Source of the DNA: a virus
Taxonomy: Duplodnaviria > Caudoviricetes
Strand: one strand, 5' to 3'
DNA length: 57,446 bases
Virus record (IMG/VR): IMGVR_UViG_3300021108_000002
Coordinates: 1-57,446 of that record
The notes beneath the pieces are model-generated. The model did no database searches, was not told the DNA's origin, and saw only the letters and a list, made by a program, of their open reading frames with translations. The translations under genes and the position numbers were made by a program. Positions 54,675 through 57,446 of this stretch are shown here, piece after piece (within the stretch, counting starts at the first letter, position 1; the number at the start of each line of letters is the position of its first letter).

Positions 54675-56615
54675 ATGGAAGAGAAAAAGCCGGCCCACTG
54701 GGTTATGGATTATGAGACGCTGGTAAATTGTTTCATAGCTGTGTTTCAACATTATAAAGATGAAACAATCAGAAAGACCTTTGTCATATACAAAGATCGT
54801 AATGACCTACCACAATTTATAGACTTTCTGAATGAGTGTAAGAATAAAAATCAGTGGCATATTAGCTACAATGGTTTAGCTTTTGACGGTCAGATAAGTC
54901 AGCATATATTAGATAAACAACGACAGCTACTAACTCTTAGTACTGAAGCAGTTATAAATGATATCTATGCTTTTGCACAAAAGACAATTAATCTTAAGGA
55001 TCAAAACAGTTTTCTAGAATACGCTCCTGCTAAAATTAAAATCAGGCAGATAGATCTATTCAAGATGAACCACTGGGACAATCGTGCTAAGATGAGTAGT
55101 CTAAAGTGGATACAGTATAGTATGGACTGGCAGAATGTAGAAGAGATGCCTCATCATCATACGGCCCCGGTAGAAACGGACGAACAGCTTAAGATGATAA
55201 CAGAGTATTGTGTTAACGATGTACTTAGTACTAAAAAGATCTTAGAACATTCTAAGGAACAAATAGTATTAAGACAAACATTAACCAATGACTATGGGAT
55301 AGATCTTTATTCTGCATCAGAGCCAAGAATATCTAAAGAGCTATTCTTGCATTTTCTATCTCAGAAGCTTGGTTGGGAGAAATCCCATATCAAAACTCTA
55401 AGAACTCATCATAGTGAGATCTATTTAGGACAGTGTATGCTGCCCTATGTAAAGTTTCAGACTGAAGAGTTTAAGAAGATGCACGACTATCTTCGTACAC
55501 AAGTGATTATATCTACTAAGAACGGGTTTAAGTACACTCTAGATTACAAAGGTATGAAAACTGACTACGGATTGGGCGGTATTCACGGTGCCAGAACAGC
55601 AGGAGTTTATGAAGCCAAGCAGGGGTACACTATTATGACCTCAGATGTAACTTCATTCTATCCTAATCTAGCTATTAGAAATGGGTTCCATCCTAGTCAT
55701 CTACCTAAAGAAGAGTTTTGTGATCTGTACGAATGGTTCTTTGAAGAACGTAAGAAGATCCCTAAAAGCGATCCTAAGAACTATGTTTATAAGATCATTC
55801 TAAATAGTACTTACGGCCTTACAGGAGACGAGAATAGCTTCCTGTACGATCCTAAGATGACTATGCAGATTACTATCAACGGTCAGCTACTATTATCTAT
55901 GCTCTATGAGATGATATGTGAAGAAATACCTGAAGCTGTACCTCTTATGCAAAACACTGACGGTTTTGAAACATTGATGCCTACCTATTGTATAGATAAG
56001 TATCACGAGATTTGTGACCGCTGGTGTAAAATTACCCAGTTAGAGTTAGAACATGATGAGTATTCTAAGATGATCATCAGAGATGTAAATAATTACATAG
56101 CAGTTTCTAAGTCCGGGAAAGTAAAATGCAAGGGTGCATTTGAATGGGAGGACCTGGACAAAAAGAAGGTGGCAGTGTTCCACAAGAACAAAAGCTTTCT
56201 TGTTATTCCTAAAGCTATCCATGCTTACTTTACAAAAGGTATAAAGCCTGAAGACTTTATAGCAAGTAATCAAAACATCTTTGATTATTGTGCAGGTATC
56301 AAGTCTAAAGGAGGTTGGTACTTTGAGAATAAAGAAATGAAAAACGGTGAGCTTATCACCATTAGACAACAAAAGATTGTCAGATACTATGTTTCAAACA
56401 AAGGTGGGAAACTAGTTAAGTGTCATCCAGACGGTAGACTTATACAAGTTGAGTCTGGACCATGGTTACAAACCACCATAAACGAAATAAACGAAACGGT
56501 TCCATTTGATTCTTATAGTATTAACAAAAGTTACTACTTAGAACAAATCTATAAAGAGATCAATCAGATAGAAAAAGAAAGAAGTTTATCATCTACACAA
56601 TTATCACTATTTTAA
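54675..56615 (+). CDS. polB: Family B DNA polymerase
   Basis: Exo motifs DYET, YNGLAFD, YCVND; polymerase motifs SDVTSFYPN, KIILNSTYG, NTDG. Confidence 0.9.
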   Translation: MEEKKPAHWVMDYETLVNCFIAVFQHYKDETIRKTFVIYKDRNDLPQFIDFLNECKNKNQWHISYNGLAFDGQISQHILDKQRQLLTLSTEAVINDIYAFAQKTINLKDQNSFLEYAPAKIKIRQIDLFKMNHWDNRAKMSSLKWIQYSMDWQNVEEMPHHHTAPVETDEQLKMITEYCVNDVLSTKKILEHSKEQIVLRQTLTNDYGIDLYSASEPRISKELFLHFLSQKLGWEKSHIKTLRTHHSEIYLGQCMLPYVKFQTEEFKKMHDYLRTQVIISTKNGFKYTLDYKGMKTDYGLGGIHGARTAGVYEAKQGYTIMTSDVTSFYPNLAIRNGFHPSHLPKEEFCDLYEWFFEERKKIPKSDPKNYVYKIILNSTYGLTGDENSFLYDPKMTMQITINGQLLLSMLYEMICEEIPEAVPLMQNTDGFETLMPTYCIDKYHEICDRWCKITQLELEHDEYSKMIIRDVNNYIAVSKSGKVKCKGAFEWEDLDKKKVAVFHKNKSFLVIPKAIHAYFTKGIKPEDFIASNQNIFDYCAGIKSKGGWYFENKEMKNGELITIRQQKIVRYYVSNKGGKLVKCHPDGRLIQVESGPWLQTTINEINETVPFDSYSINKSYYLEQIYKEINQIEKERSLSSTQLSLF

Positions 56616-56625
56616 CATTACAAAT

Positions 56626-57446
56626 ATGCCAGTAAAAACAGTCTTTGAAACAGAATATTATTTAAGAAGTTCTGCCCTTCCCAATTACGGGAAGTCTTAT
56701 ACAATTATATCACACGGAGCAGTGATAGATGAAGCTAGAACCCAGTTGGCAGCAGCTGGTTTTGCCATCAAGAAAGAATTATATAAAGCTACACAAACAG
56801 GTGACATAGCACAAGGTATGTATCATTTAGAATCAGGCAACGATCCAGATATGGGTCTTATGTTTGTCTGGTCAAACAGTTATAATAAAACCATGGCATT
56901 TAAGTGTGCCATTGGTGCACATGTATTTATCTGCTCAAATGGCGTAGTGTCAGGAGATCTAGGTAACTATAGAAGAAGACACAGTGGATCAGCACTAACT
57001 GATGTAACCACTTTTATGCAAGAACAGATATCAGATGCTTCTAAGTATTATGATAAACTAATTCATGACAAGCAGATGCTTAAAGATGTGAGTCTTAGTC
57101 CAAGAGAAAAGGGCACCATCCTAGGTAGATTGTTTGCTGAAGATGAAATCTTAACACTTACCCAGGTAGGTATTGTAAAACGTGAGATAGACAAGCCTAG
57201 TCATTTCTATAGTGACAATGCAAACAGTGCTTGGGATATGTACAATCATATCACCTTAGCATTAAAAGATTCTCACCCTACTAGATATCTATCTAATCAC
57301 CAAAGAGTACATGACTTCTTTGTAAACGAGTTTGGTAATCTTGTATCAACGACAGGTAATATAATAAATCCTGTGGATCTAGATTCTATTGTTATGGAAG
57401 AAGAACAAGAAGAACTAGTTACTGACTTTGGTGTAAACTTTCTTTA
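56626..57446 (+). CDS. DUF932-family protein (stop codon apparently cut at window end; not in track)
   Basis: MPVKTVFETEYY...NSYNKTMAFKCAIGAHVFICSNG...SAWDMYNHIT; window ends CTT TA. Confidence 0.75.
   Translation, partial: MPVKTVFETEYYLRSSALPNYGKSYTIISHGAVIDEARTQLAAAGFAIKKELYKATQTGDIAQGMYHLESGNDPDMGLMFVWSNSYNKTMAFKCAIGAHVFICSNGVVSGDLGNYRRRHSGSALTDVTTFMQEQISDASKYYDKLIHDKQMLKDVSLSPREKGTILGRLFAEDEILTLTQVGIVKREIDKPSHFYSDNANSAWDMYNHITLALKDSHPTRYLSNHQRVHDFFVNEFGNLVSTTGNIINPVDLDSIVMEEEQEELVTDFGVNFL

Noticed and set aside
1-57446. Stop-codon reassignment (TAG/TGA recoding known in some crAss-like phages)
   Set aside because: Long genes are intact in code 11, TAG ends genes such as portal and the MoxR ATPase, and no suppressor tRNA was seen.

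Overview
This window is a 57.4 kb, AT-rich piece of a crAss-like (Crassvirales-type) dsDNA phage genome, read in standard genetic code 11. The host is probably a Bacteroidota member, judging from TAnnTTTG promoters, leaders without Shine-Dalgarno sites and a T9SS-CTD-like protein. It has four transcription blocks. (1) 1-21.1 kb, minus strand: tail fibres, structural proteins, a Dps/ferritin-like gene, major capsid protein, a scaffold-like protein, portal, large terminase, an exonuclease, HU/IHF-like and GNAT genes. (2) 21.3-36.4 kb, plus strand: small early genes, an ncRNA-rich intergenic region, an SF2 helicase, uracil-DNA glycosylase and a MoxR AAA+/VWA pair. (3) 36.4-46.3 kb, minus strand: lysis genes (holin-like, spanin-like, GH19 endolysin), a beta-helix protein and an eight-gene cell-envelope cassette (CsgG-like, cohesin/dockerin, T9SS-CTD-like lipoprotein, Ser-rich beta-barrel). 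(4) 46.4 kb to the end, plus strand: DnaB helicase, Sak4-like ATPase, primase, nucleases, family B DNA polymerase and DUF932. The most unusual features are the envelope cassette, two aberrant tRNA-like RNAs each followed by structured non-coding RNA, and several dispersed intergenic DNA motifs. All calls come from reading motifs by eye. No database searches or folding programs were run.
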